A stretch of 64,000 nt of DNA, taken from Christensenellaceae bacterium (GTDB lineage Bacteria; Bacillota; Clostridia; Christensenellales; Borkfalkiaceae). The stretch is from contig JAZSKQ010000009.1 in assembly GCA_045534905.1 (NCBI GenBank), positions 40,721 through 104,720 on the forward strand, written 5' to 3'. The stretch's first letter is position 1; the number at the start of each line of letters is the position of its first letter. Under the pieces are notes generated by a model that was given only the letters and a program-made list of their open reading frames with translations, ran no database searches and was not told where the DNA came from. This document shows positions 1 through 8,656 of this stretch, piece by piece. The position numbers and the translations under genes were made by a program.

Positions 1-650
1 TAGATAAAACTGCGCCAGATTATAATCAAAAATTAACTCAATATTTTAATGCAACCGACGCTAATACCATAGAAAAGGTTAAAACTGCACTTACCACCCT
101 AAAATCAAGGTCAAAGGGTATGGAAGTTGACAGTGGTAAAAACGATATAGTAAACGGCAATATAGACGTTTATTTTGCATGGAGTGGTGACGCAGTATAT
201 TCAATGAACGAAGCTGAAACCGAAAACGTAACCTTAAAGTATTCGGTTCCTGAAGAAGGTAGTAACGTTTGGTTTGACGGTTGGTGTATTCCTAAAGGGT
301 CTTCACAAAAGGCACTCGCCCAAGAATTTATAGACTTTATTTCGTCAACTGAAAATGCAGTTAAAAATATGGATTATATAGGTTACGTAAGTTGTATGGC
401 TGGCGACGGAATTTATGATTACGTAAAACAAACTTACGGCGTTGATAACGGTGTTCATTCCGTTGACCTTTCATATTTCTTCAGTGGTGAACAAGTAGGT
501 AATTATGTTGTAAAGACAAATACTTTAGGCAGACAGTTTTCTGCACAATATCCGTCGTTTGACGTGATTAACCGCTGTGCGGTAATGAGTTACTTTAACG
601 ATAACGCAAATACCAAGATTAACGAAATGTGGATGGCTGTAAAAGCATAA
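1..650 (+). CDS. ABC-transporter extracellular solute-binding protein, polyamine (PotD/PotF)-like; C-terminal part only, the 5' end lies outside the window
   Basis: The reading frame is open from the window edge (nt 3) to TAA at 648-650. The translation (..NVWFDGWCIPKGSSQKALAQEFIDFI..) resembles the C-terminal lobe of spermidine/putrescine-binding proteins. Confidence 0.6.
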   Translation, partial: DKTAPDYNQKLTQYFNATDANTIEKVKTALTTLKSRSKGMEVDSGKNDIVNGNIDVYFAWSGDAVYSMNEAETENVTLKYSVPEEGSNVWFDGWCIPKGSSQKALAQEFIDFISSTENAVKNMDYIGYVSCMAGDGIYDYVKQTYGVDNGVHSVDLSYFFSGEQVGNYVVKTNTLGRQFSAQYPSFDVINRCAVMSYFNDNANTKINEMWMAVKA

Positions 651-660
651 AAAATAAAAC

Positions 661-692
661 CCGCCTACTATTTATAGTGGGCGGTATTGTTG
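661..692 (+). terminator. Rho-independent terminator
   Basis: A 9-bp GC-rich stem ccgcctact / agtgggcgg (one G-U) with a 6-nt loop, followed by T-rich tattgttg. Confidence 0.55.
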
Positions 693-701
693 TGAGTAGA
701 T

Positions 702-2132
702 ATGAGAAAATTCGATACTAAAGTTCAGCATTTAAAATATAAGGTTTTAAGAGAAGTTGCGTCGCTTCACTGGGACGATAAACTTTTAGAAAACGTATTA
801 GATATTCCCGAAAAACTCGTTCCGGGTAATACTCCTACCATGCGTTGTTGCGTGTATAAAGAGCGTGCAATCTTAAAAGAGAGAGTAAAGATTGCAATGG
901 GTGGAGATAAAAACGATAAAAGGATAATTCATGTAATAAATATTGCTTGTGACGAATGTCCTGCAGGTGGATATCAAGTGACTAACGCATGTAGAGGGTG
1001 CTTGGCACATAGATGCGAAGACGTGTGTAAAAAAGGTGCACTTTCATTTGACGCCGACCACGTTGCACATATAGATAAAACCAAGTGTGTGGAATGTGGT
1101 GCGTGTGCAAAAGTTTGTCCTTACTCGGCAATAGTTAATAATAAACGTCCTTGTCAAAATGCGTGCAAGATTAAGGCTATCGGCACTAACGAAGATTTGT
1201 CGGCAAAAATAGACTATGAAAAATGTATTTCTTGTGGTGCATGTGTATATCAATGTCCGTTTGGTGCAATAACGGATAAGTCTTATATTTTAGACGTTAT
1301 AGATATTATTAAGGGTAGCGAAAACAATACCAAGTACAACGTTTACGCCGTAGTTGCACCTGCAATTTCAAGTCAATTTACCTATGCTAAGTTGGGTCAA
1401 GTAGTATCTGGGTTAAAGGAACTTGGCTTTAAAACGGTAGTAGAGGCTGCGCTCGGTGCGGATATGGTTGCCGAAGCAGAAAGCAAAGAACTTGCTGAAA
1501 AGGGATTTTTAACAAGTTCGTGTTGCCCTGCATTCGTTGATTACGTTAAAAAGTTTTTTCCCGAAATGTTGCCATACGTTTCGGATAACTTGTCGCCAAT
1601 GGCAATGGTGTCTAAATTCTTAAAGGAAAAAGACGGCGGTGCAAAAGTAGTATTCGTTGGTCCTTGCACGGCAAAAAAAGCCGAAATTCAAAAAGAAAAC
1701 GTAAGTCCTTACGTAGATTCTGTTATTACGTTTGAAGAACTTCAAGCGTTACTTGATAGTAAAGATATAGATATCACTACGTTAGAAGAAAGCACGCTTG
1801 ACCATGCTTCGTACTTTGGTCGTATTTTTGCACGTTGTGGTGGACTTGCCGACGCAGTTAAAGAAGGATTAAAAGAACAAGGCGCTAGTTTTGAGTTAAA
1901 GCCCGTTTCTTGTGACGGTATAGAAAGTTGTAAACTTGCTTTGTTAAAAAAATCAAAGAACTTGCTTGACGCAAATTTTATAGAGGGCATGGCTTGTACC
2001 GGTGGTTGTGTCGGTGGGGCAGGATGTTTGACTCATGGTGAAATAAATAAAATAAAGGTAGATAATCACGGTAAAAGTTCAAGTATAAAAACAATAAGTG
2101 AATCGGTAAAAAATACTAAAACGGAAAAATAA
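702..2132 (+). CDS. [FeFe]-hydrogenase, monomeric type with ferredoxin-like N-terminal domains (HydA-like)
   Basis: Two CxxCxxCxxxCP motifs (CVECGACAKVCP, CISCGACVYQCP) and extra N-terminal Cys clusters. All three H-cluster signatures are present: TSSCCPAF, GPCTAKKAE, EGMACTGGCVGGAG. Confidence 0.8.
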   Translation: MRKFDTKVQHLKYKVLREVASLHWDDKLLENVLDIPEKLVPGNTPTMRCCVYKERAILKERVKIAMGGDKNDKRIIHVINIACDECPAGGYQVTNACRGCLAHRCEDVCKKGALSFDADHVAHIDKTKCVECGACAKVCPYSAIVNNKRPCQNACKIKAIGTNEDLSAKIDYEKCISCGACVYQCPFGAITDKSYILDVIDIIKGSENNTKYNVYAVVAPAISSQFTYAKLGQVVSGLKELGFKTVVEAALGADMVAEAESKELAEKGFLTSSCCPAFVDYVKKFFPEMLPYVSDNLSPMAMVSKFLKEKDGGAKVVFVGPCTAKKAEIQKENVSPYVDSVITFEELQALLDSKDIDITTLEESTLDHASYFGRIFARCGGLADAVKEGLKEQGASFELKPVSCDGIESCKLALLKKSKNLLDANFIEGMACTGGCVGGAGCLTHGEINKIKVDNHGKSSSIKTISESVKNTKTEK

Positions 2133-3638
2133 ATGAAAAGAAACAGTGGAATATTACTTCCAGTATTTAGTTTGCCCAACAATTATGGTATTGGTGGATT
2201 TGGAAGGGAATGTTACAATTTTATAGATTACTTAAAAGAAGCCGGACAAAGCGTTTGGCAAGTGTTACCACTTGTTGAAACGGGTTTTGGAAATTCACCG
2301 TATTCGTCTAAATGTTCTTACTCGTTTAATCCTTATTTTATTAGTTTAGAACATTTGAAAAGTGATGGTTTAATTACTAATGAAGAACTTAAAAGTCAAC
2401 GTTGTAACAAGACTTATATTGATTACGGTAAACTCTATAAAGAAAGATTTCCACTGCTAAAAAAAGCCTTTTTAAGGTTTGACGTAAAAGATCCTGAATT
2501 TAAGAAGTTTGTTAAAAGCGAAAAGTATAAAGATTACGCTGTTTTTTCGGCGCTTAAAACTTTAAAGTACGAACGTGGTGACCATACTTACGAAAGTTTA
2601 CTTTTACGTCGTGACCAATCTAAAATTAGTGATTTTATAAAAAATAACGAACAAGAATATTTATTTTGGCTTTTCTTACAATATTACGCTAACTCGGAGT
2701 GGGAGGACGTAAAAAGTTACGCAAAGGCAAACGGTATTAAAATTTTGGGTGATTTACCACTTTACGTTGCCTACGATAGTGTGGACGTATGGTCGAATCC
2801 CGAACTGTTTTGTTTAGACCAAAATTTAATTCCAAAAAAAGTGGCTGGTGTTCCACCCGATTATTTTTGTAAGGAAGGGCAATTGTGGGGTAACCCCGTT
2901 TACGATTATTCGGTTCACCGTTTAGACGGTTTTTCTTGGTGGAAGAATCGCATTAAAAAGGTTCTTAAAATATACGACTTGGTAAGAATAGACCATTTTA
3001 GGGGACTTGATAGGTTTTATACCGTAAATTACGGTAGCGAAAATGCAATGAATGGGGAGTGGATAGACGTTCCCTCAAAAGAACTTTTTTCAGAGATTTT
3101 CAAGGTTGCTAAAAAAGAGCAAATTATAGCCGAAGATTTAGGTGTTATAGACGATGGGGTAATTGAACTTTTAAACTACACGGGGCTTAGTGGGATGAAA
3201 GTTTTATCCTTTGCATTTAACGGTGATACAAATAATCCTTACTTGCCTGAAAACACCATTAAAAATTCGGTGTATTATACAGGCACTCACGATAACGATA
3301 CGCTAAAAGGACTTATATCGTCTTTGACGGAAAGTGAATTAGAAACTTTAAAAAAAGGTGTAAAAAATAGTCTTAAAAAATTAAAAATAAGTGGCAACGT
3401 CAATACGCAAAATCAACTTATTAACGCTATAATAAAGTTGGGATTTTATTCTAAATCCAACACCTTTATAATGCCGTTTGGTGACGTTATAAAAGCGGGT
3501 AGTGAAAAACGAATTAACTCCCCGGGTTTTTTGAAAGAACAAAACTGGGCAGTAAGATTTAGTAAAAAAGACTTTAGTAGTTCTCGTGCGGAAAAACTAA
3601 GAAAATTAACTGAAAGTTCGGGTAGGTTTAATGGGTAA
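2133..3638 (+). CDS. malQ: 4-alpha-glucanotransferase (amylomaltase, GH77)
   Basis: N-terminus SGILLPVFSLPNNYGIGGFG, plus VRIDHFRG and YTGTHDNDT motifs typical of GH77. The ATG directly follows the hydrogenase stop codon. Confidence 0.9.
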   Translation: MKRNSGILLPVFSLPNNYGIGGFGRECYNFIDYLKEAGQSVWQVLPLVETGFGNSPYSSKCSYSFNPYFISLEHLKSDGLITNEELKSQRCNKTYIDYGKLYKERFPLLKKAFLRFDVKDPEFKKFVKSEKYKDYAVFSALKTLKYERGDHTYESLLLRRDQSKISDFIKNNEQEYLFWLFLQYYANSEWEDVKSYAKANGIKILGDLPLYVAYDSVDVWSNPELFCLDQNLIPKKVAGVPPDYFCKEGQLWGNPVYDYSVHRLDGFSWWKNRIKKVLKIYDLVRIDHFRGLDRFYTVNYGSENAMNGEWIDVPSKELFSEIFKVAKKEQIIAEDLGVIDDGVIELLNYTGLSGMKVLSFAFNGDTNNPYLPENTIKNSVYYTGTHDNDTLKGLISSLTESELETLKKGVKNSLKKLKISGNVNTQNQLINAIIKLGFYSKSNTFIMPFGDVIKAGSEKRINSPGFLKEQNWAVRFSKKDFSSSRAEKLRKLTESSGRFNG

Positions 3639-4104
3639 AATAAGGTTAATATTTATAAGTTTAATCTCTCTTTTAATACTGTTAACGTTAGGCTTTATTT
3701 GGGGTAATTCTATTTTAAGTATATCACAGTCCTCAAACCGTTCGGGAAGTTTATTTTTAACCTTTAAGCCTATTTTCGACGTGATTTTCGGGGAAGGTGT
3801 CGTTACTCACGCAGTCTTTAGAAAATTGGCGCACTTTAGCGAGTTTTTTGTTTTGGGTGTAGAAATATTTACTCTTTTGATATTGCTTAGAATTTCGCTA
3901 ACAGAGAATTTGACTTATTCGTTGGTATTCGGTTTGTTTTTTGCCGTATCGGACGAAACTTTACAAGTTATATCTCGTAGGGGAAGTTCTTTTTTAGACG
4001 TGCTTATTGATTTTTCGGGCGTTTTGTTGGCAGTTTTAATATTGTTTTTAGTTTTTAAAACTTTTTATAAAAAAAATAAAAAAACTATTGAAATGAATAT
4101 TTAA
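3631..4104 (+). CDS. VanZ-like family membrane protein
   Basis: 157 aa with about 4 hydrophobic segments. The FRKLAHFSEFFVLG segment is typical of VanZ-like proteins. It overlaps the malQ end by 8 nt. Confidence 0.5.
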   Translation: MGKIRLIFISLISLLILLTLGFIWGNSILSISQSSNRSGSLFLTFKPIFDVIFGEGVVTHAVFRKLAHFSEFFVLGVEIFTLLILLRISLTENLTYSLVFGLFFAVSDETLQVISRRGSSFLDVLIDFSGVLLAVLILFLVFKTFYKKNKKTIEMNI

Positions 4105-4116
4105 CCGTGATATAAT
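4088..4116 (+). promoter_or_regulatory. sigma-A type promoter for pyrP-upp
   Basis: TTGAAA (4088-4093), 17-nt spacer, TATAAT (4111-4116), with a TG extension at 4108-4109. Confidence 0.55.
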
Positions 4117-4206
4117 ACACCAAGAGGGGAAAAGGTATGATAGGTTTTGTTTTACAATCAACATGCTCAATAGGGCGAATTTTCCCTTTTTTAAATTAGG
4201 TATTAT

Positions 4207-4237
4207 AGAAGTCTTTATTTAAAGGCTTCTTTTTTTT
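4207..4237 (+). terminator. Intrinsic terminator inside the pyrP leader (attenuator)
   Basis: A 10-bp stem agaagtcttt / aaaggcttct (one G-U) with a 4-nt loop and a run of 7 T. It lies between the promoter at 4088-4116 and the pyrP ATG at 4267. Confidence 0.6.
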
Positions 4238-4266
4238 AGAAAAATTTTATTGGAGGTTTTTTACAA

Positions 4267-5688
4267 ATGAAAAACGTAAATTTAGTTTACGGTGTAAGTG
4301 ACAAACCGGGTTTGTGGAAGACTATAGTGTTTGCACTTCAACAAGTTTTGGCAATTCTTGCCGCAACTATCGTAGTTCCCGTAATCATTAACAGTGAAGT
4401 TGGCTCAAATATGTCCCAATCAGCTGCTTTGTTTGGTGCAGGTGTAGGTACTTTGGTATATTTATGCTTTACCAAATTTAAGAGCCCGGTATTTTTAGGC
4501 TCGTCTTTTGCGTTCATAGGTTCTATGTGTGCAGCTTTCGGTGGTGCAGCAAGCATGGCTGTTGGCTATTTAGGACTTATAATCGGTGCTATTTTTGCAG
4601 GTTTAGTGTACGTAATTATCGCTTTAATAGTAAAATTTGCAGGTGTTGAATGGATTAACAAAATTATGCCTGCTGCGGTTATCGGACCGACTGTTGCAGT
4701 TATAGGTTTATCACTTGCAGGTAACGCTATCGGTGATATTTTTAAGGGTGGATACAGTGTGTTTGTTGACGTTCCAGTAAATTCAGCAATCACTGGCGAA
4801 GTGTTAGAAGTAGTTCCTACTTTAACCCCCACTGCAAATCCGTTTATTGCACTTCTTTGCGCATTAGTAACTTTATTTACCGTAATTTTCTGTTCAGTTT
4901 ATGGTAAAAAGATGATGAAAATCATTCCGTTTATTATCGGTATCGGTGCAGGTTACATAGTTGCGTCAATTTTTACCGTTATCGGTGAAATAGCAGACGC
5001 TCCCGCACTTATCGTAGTAAACTTCCGTTTATTTAACGATATGAAATGGATTCCGGACTTTACTTTCATAGAAGCGTTTAAGGGCTTTAAGGAACTTGGT
5101 GGTTTCGGCGCATATCTTGGCACTGTAGCAGTTGCATACGTTCCGGTTGCTTTCGTTGTATTTGCCGAACACCTTGCAGACCACAAAAACATTTCTTCAA
5201 TTATCGGTACCGACCTTATCAAAGACCCCGGCTTAAATAGAACTTTACTTGGCGACGGCGTTGGCTCTATGGTGGGTGCATTTTTCGGTGGTTGCCCGAA
5301 CACTACTTACGGTGAATCTGTTGGTTGCGTAGCTATTTCAGGCAACGCATCTGTAGTTACTATTTTCACTGCGGCTATTATTTGTATCGCAGCATCCTTC
5401 TTTGCTCCGTTCGTAACCTTGCTTGCAACTATTCCTGCTTGCGTAATGGGTGGTGTATGTATTACTCTTTACGGTTTTATAGCAGTATCTGGCTTAAAAA
5501 TGATTCAAGCAGTTGACCTTAACAAAAACCACAATTTATTTACCGTATCTGTTATTTTAATTGCAGGTGTTGGTGGTATGGTTCTTAACATTGGTAAAGT
5601 TACCATTACTTCAGTTGCTTGTGCACTTATTCTCGGCATACTCGTTAACCTTTTAGGCTCTAAAGCAGAAAAGAAAGACGCTGAATAA
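4267..5688 (+). CDS. pyrP: Uracil permease (NCS2 / xanthine-uracil permease family)
   Basis: 473-aa polytopic protein. Long stretches (..GVGTLVYLCFTKFKSPVFLGSSFAFIGS.., ..PAAVIGPTVAVIGLSLAG..) match E. coli UraA as I recall it. It sits directly upstream of upp. Confidence 0.8.
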   Translation: MKNVNLVYGVSDKPGLWKTIVFALQQVLAILAATIVVPVIINSEVGSNMSQSAALFGAGVGTLVYLCFTKFKSPVFLGSSFAFIGSMCAAFGGAASMAVGYLGLIIGAIFAGLVYVIIALIVKFAGVEWINKIMPAAVIGPTVAVIGLSLAGNAIGDIFKGGYSVFVDVPVNSAITGEVLEVVPTLTPTANPFIALLCALVTLFTVIFCSVYGKKMMKIIPFIIGIGAGYIVASIFTVIGEIADAPALIVVNFRLFNDMKWIPDFTFIEAFKGFKELGGFGAYLGTVAVAYVPVAFVVFAEHLADHKNISSIIGTDLIKDPGLNRTLLGDGVGSMVGAFFGGCPNTTYGESVGCVAISGNASVVTIFTAAIICIAASFFAPFVTLLATIPACVMGGVCITLYGFIAVSGLKMIQAVDLNKNHNLFTVSVILIAGVGGMVLNIGKVTITSVACALILGILVNLLGSKAEKKDAE

Positions 5689-5707
5689 TTAAAACAAAAC
5701 CTACGTT

Positions 5708-5736
5708 ACGCCCGATTGCGATTCGGGCGTAATTTT
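5708..5736 (+). terminator. Terminator-like hairpin between pyrP and upp (weak U tail)
   Basis: An 8-bp stem acgcccga / tcgggcgt with a 7-nt loop, followed by aatttt. Confidence 0.4.
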
Positions 5737-5748
5737 AAGGAGACTAAA

Positions 5749-6387
5749 ATGAAAGACTATAAAAACGTTCATATATTAGACCATCCTTTAATTAGACATA
5801 AACTTGCTATTATAAGGAATAAGAATACGGATACGAAAAATTTCCGTGAGATAATAGGGGAAATAGCAACCCTTATGGCTTACGAAAGTTTTAAGGACGT
5901 GCCTACTCAAGAAATAGAAGTTGAAACTCCATTAGAAACGGTTATGCAAACTGTTGTTAAGGAAAATTCTATTGCAATTATTCCGATACTTCGTGCAGGA
6001 CTTGGTATGGTTGACGGAATTTTATCTTTATTCCCGGCAGCAAAAGTTGGTCATATTGGTTTATATCGTGATGAAACTACGTTGGAACCTAACGAATACT
6101 ATTGCAAACTTCCGGTAGGAATAGACGAAAAGGTTGTTATGGTCGTTGACCCAATGCTTGCGACGGGTGGAAGTGCTTGCGACGCTATTAAAATGCTTAA
6201 AAAACGTGGTTGCAAAAATATTAAACTTATGTCTATTATCGCTGCACCAGAGGGTGTAACCAAGGTTGCAGAAACCTATCCCGACGTAGAAATTTTCGTT
6301 TCCACATTGGATAGATGTCTAAACGAAAACGGTTATATTTTACCCGGACTTGGCGACGCAGGTGACAGAATTTTTGGTACGAAGTAA
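5749..6387 (+). CDS. upp: Uracil phosphoribosyltransferase
   Basis: Starts [23 protein letters not shown] motif [14 protein letters not shown] and C-terminal [17 protein letters not shown] are present. AAGGAG RBS at 5737-5742. The 5716 start in the ORF track lies inside the upstream hairpin. Confidence 0.93.
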   Translation: MKDYKNVHILDHPLIRHKLAIIRNKNTDTKNFREIIGEIATLMAYESFKDVPTQEIEVETPLETVMQTVVKENSIAIIPILRAGLGMVDGILSLFPAAKVGHIGLYRDETTLEPNEYYCKLPVGIDEKVVMVVDPMLATGGSACDAIKMLKKRGCKNIKLMSIIAAPEGVTKVAETYPDVEIFVSTLDRCLNENGYILPGLGDAGDRIFGTK

Positions 6388-6403
6388 AAAAATAAACAAT
6401 CTA

Positions 6404-6446
6404 AAAATCCTCAACGAGAAAAACTTGTAGAGGATTTTTTATTTTT
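6404..6446 (+). terminator. Rho-independent terminator after upp
   Basis: Stem aaaatcctc / gaggatttt followed by a T run. Confidence 0.6.
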
Positions 6447-6479
6447 AAATAAAATAATGTTTAAAAACTAAAAAAGAGT

Positions 6480-6508
6480 TTGACGACTTAATATTTTTGT
6501 TATATAAT
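6480..6508 (+). promoter_or_regulatory. sigma-A type promoter for the PHP/SDR/aldolase operon
   Basis: TTGACG (6480-6485), 17-nt spacer, TATAAT (6503-6508). Confidence 0.5.
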
Positions 6509-6525
6509 AAATTTGAAATATTATA

Positions 6526-7800
6526 ATGGAGATTAGTATGGATACCAAAGTTATTGAAAATCTTAACGCAAAATGTAGTTTGAAAAGACTTTCGGCTTTA
6601 AAAAAAGTTGCAAAGTATGATGAAAAACCCGTTCGTAGAGACAATGATGCGAACAACCATATTCACACTATTTATTCTTTCTCACCATATTCGCCAACAA
6701 AAGCAGCGTATATGGCGTATAAAGCTGGTCTTACCAGTGCAGGTATAATGGACCACGATTCACTTTCTGGTGTAAAGGAATTTAAAAAGGCTTGTAAAAT
6801 ATTAAACCTTGGTTCAACTTGTGGTGTTGAAGTAAGGGCGAAGTTTGATAGGGGATTTGGTAAAATCAATCACCCCGACCAAGCAAACTGCATTTATATG
6901 GCTGCGCACGGTATTCCTGCACAAAACGTAGATAAGTTTAATAAGTATCTTGACTACTATCGTCATAAAAGATATGAAAGAGATGCTAAAATGTGTGACC
7001 TTATTACCGAAAAGTACGGTAAGTTTGATTTAAGTCTTGATTTTAAGAAAGACGTATATCCATTGTCACAAGCATCAAAGGGTGGTAGCGTAACTGAAAG
7101 ACACCTTTTATATGCTTTGGCTGTAAAGTTAGGAAACCGTTTCGGAAGAACTGAAGACTTAATCAACTTCCTTGAAGGCGACCTTAAACTCGGCGTATCG
7201 GAAAAGATTAAGGGCTTTTTATTAGACCAAGAAAACCCACATTTCTTATATGACCTTTTAGGCGTACTTAAAGCAGACACTAAGTTCTTCTACATAGATG
7301 CAGACGAAGAAATGCCTGATGCTGAACAATTCGTTAAAGTAGCACGTTCTTTCGGTGCAATTCCTGCATACGCATATTTAGGTGACGTAGGTGACTCCGT
7401 AACCGGTGACAAGAAGGCTCAAAAATTTGAAGACGACTTCTTAGATAGTCTTATTGAAGAAATTAAAAAGATAGGTATTTTGGCTGTTGCATATATGCCT
7501 ACCAGAAACACCTCTGCACAACTTGAAAGGGTTATGAAACTTTGCCGTGAAAACGACTTGTTTGAAATCTCGGGCGAAGACGTAAACTCTCCAAGACAAA
7601 TTTTTGCTTGCAAGGCTTTAGCAGAACCTTCTTATGCACATCTTATTGATTCGACTTGGGCGCTCATCGGTCACGAAGCAATTTCAAGTGAAAAGGGCTT
7701 AGATTACGGTATGTTCTCTAAGCAAACGATTGAAAAAATGCCTAACTTACAAGATAGAATTAAAGAATTTGCAAACATCGGTAGAAAAACCGTAAAATAA
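6526..7800 (+). CDS. PHP-domain (polymerase/histidinol-phosphatase fold) metal-dependent phosphoesterase, substrate unknown
   Basis: N-terminal NNHIHTIYSFSPYSP..GIMDHDS pattern typical of PHP domains. 424 aa. An alternative start at ATG 6538 sits 5-6 nt after GGAG. Confidence 0.6.
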   Translation: MEISMDTKVIENLNAKCSLKRLSALKKVAKYDEKPVRRDNDANNHIHTIYSFSPYSPTKAAYMAYKAGLTSAGIMDHDSLSGVKEFKKACKILNLGSTCGVEVRAKFDRGFGKINHPDQANCIYMAAHGIPAQNVDKFNKYLDYYRHKRYERDAKMCDLITEKYGKFDLSLDFKKDVYPLSQASKGGSVTERHLLYALAVKLGNRFGRTEDLINFLEGDLKLGVSEKIKGFLLDQENPHFLYDLLGVLKADTKFFYIDADEEMPDAEQFVKVARSFGAIPAYAYLGDVGDSVTGDKKAQKFEDDFLDSLIEEIKKIGILAVAYMPTRNTSAQLERVMKLCRENDLFEISGEDVNSPRQIFACKALAEPSYAHLIDSTWALIGHEAISSEKGLDYGMFSKQTIEKMPNLQDRIKEFANIGRKTVK

Positions 7801-7846
7801 GTAATAAAATTTTGAAAAAATATAATAATTTATAGGAGAAATAAAA

Positions 7847-8623
7847 ATGAGTTCAATCAATCTTAAAGGTAAAGTAGCAGTAGTTACCGGTGCAAGCCAA
7901 GGTCTTGGTGAAGCACTTGCAATGCGTTTAGACAAAGAAGGCTGTAAAGTTGCAGTTTGCGACCTCAACTTTGAAGGTGCAAAAGCAGTTGCAGATAAAC
8001 TTTCAGACGCTATCGCACTTAACGTAAACGTTACCGATTTTGCACAATTACAAGAAGCTGCAAAAACCGTTGTGGAAAAATGGGGTACCGTAGATATTTT
8101 AATATGTAACGCAGCAATCGTAAAGAGTGGCGATATTTATAGCTTAACTCCCGAAGCATTTAAACTTGTTACCGACATTAACCTTAACGGTTACTTTAAT
8201 ACCGTTAAAGCATTTGCACCTATCATGCTTGAAAAGAAGTCTGGTAGTATTATCCAAATCAACAGTAAATCTGGTAGAAAGGGTTCGTTTAAGAACGGTG
8301 CATACGCAGGTAGTAAGTTTGGTGGCGTAGGTTTAACCCAAAGTTTAGCACTTGAATTTGCTGAATCAGGTGTAAGAGTAAACTGCATTTGCCCGGGTAA
8401 CCTTTTGAACTCACCATTATGGGTAAACAGCTTATTTAAACAATATGCAGCAAACCAAGGTATAACCGAAGAACAAGTAAGGGAAAAATATATTAACCAA
8501 GTTCCTATGAAGAGATCATGTGAATACGTTGATATCGAAAACGCTATGGTATTCTTAGCGTCAGACCTCTCTTCATATATGACTGGTCAAGCAATAAACG
8601 TAACCGGCGGACAACAAATGTAA
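7847..8623 (+). CDS. Short-chain dehydrogenase/reductase, sorbitol-6-phosphate 2-dehydrogenase (SrlD)-like
   Basis: TGASQGLGEA cofactor motif and YAGSK catalytic motif. Blocks IIQINSKSGRKGS, SKFGGVGLTQSLALE, PGNLLNSP and INVTGGQ align with E. coli SrlD as I recall it. Confidence 0.7.
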   Translation: MSSINLKGKVAVVTGASQGLGEALAMRLDKEGCKVAVCDLNFEGAKAVADKLSDAIALNVNVTDFAQLQEAAKTVVEKWGTVDILICNAAIVKSGDIYSLTPEAFKLVTDINLNGYFNTVKAFAPIMLEKKSGSIIQINSKSGRKGSFKNGAYAGSKFGGVGLTQSLALEFAESGVRVNCICPGNLLNSPLWVNSLFKQYAANQGITEEQVREKYINQVPMKRSCEYVDIENAMVFLASDLSSYMTGQAINVTGGQQM

Positions 8624-8656
8624 TTTATCCGTTCGGCTTTTCGAAAGGAGTAGTTT

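Noticed and set aside
4137-4199. 20-codon mini-ORF (MIGFVLQSTCSIGRIFPFLN) in the pyrP leader as a leader peptide
   Set aside because: A GAGGGG lies upstream, but the peptide has no run of regulatory codons and no obvious coupling logic. It cannot be supported from sequence alone.
5716-5748. N-terminal extension of upp from the ORF track (start 5716)
   Set aside because: The extension lies within the pyrP-upp hairpin and precedes the AAGGAG RBS that serves ATG 5749. UPRTases start at about MKDYK..V..HPL.
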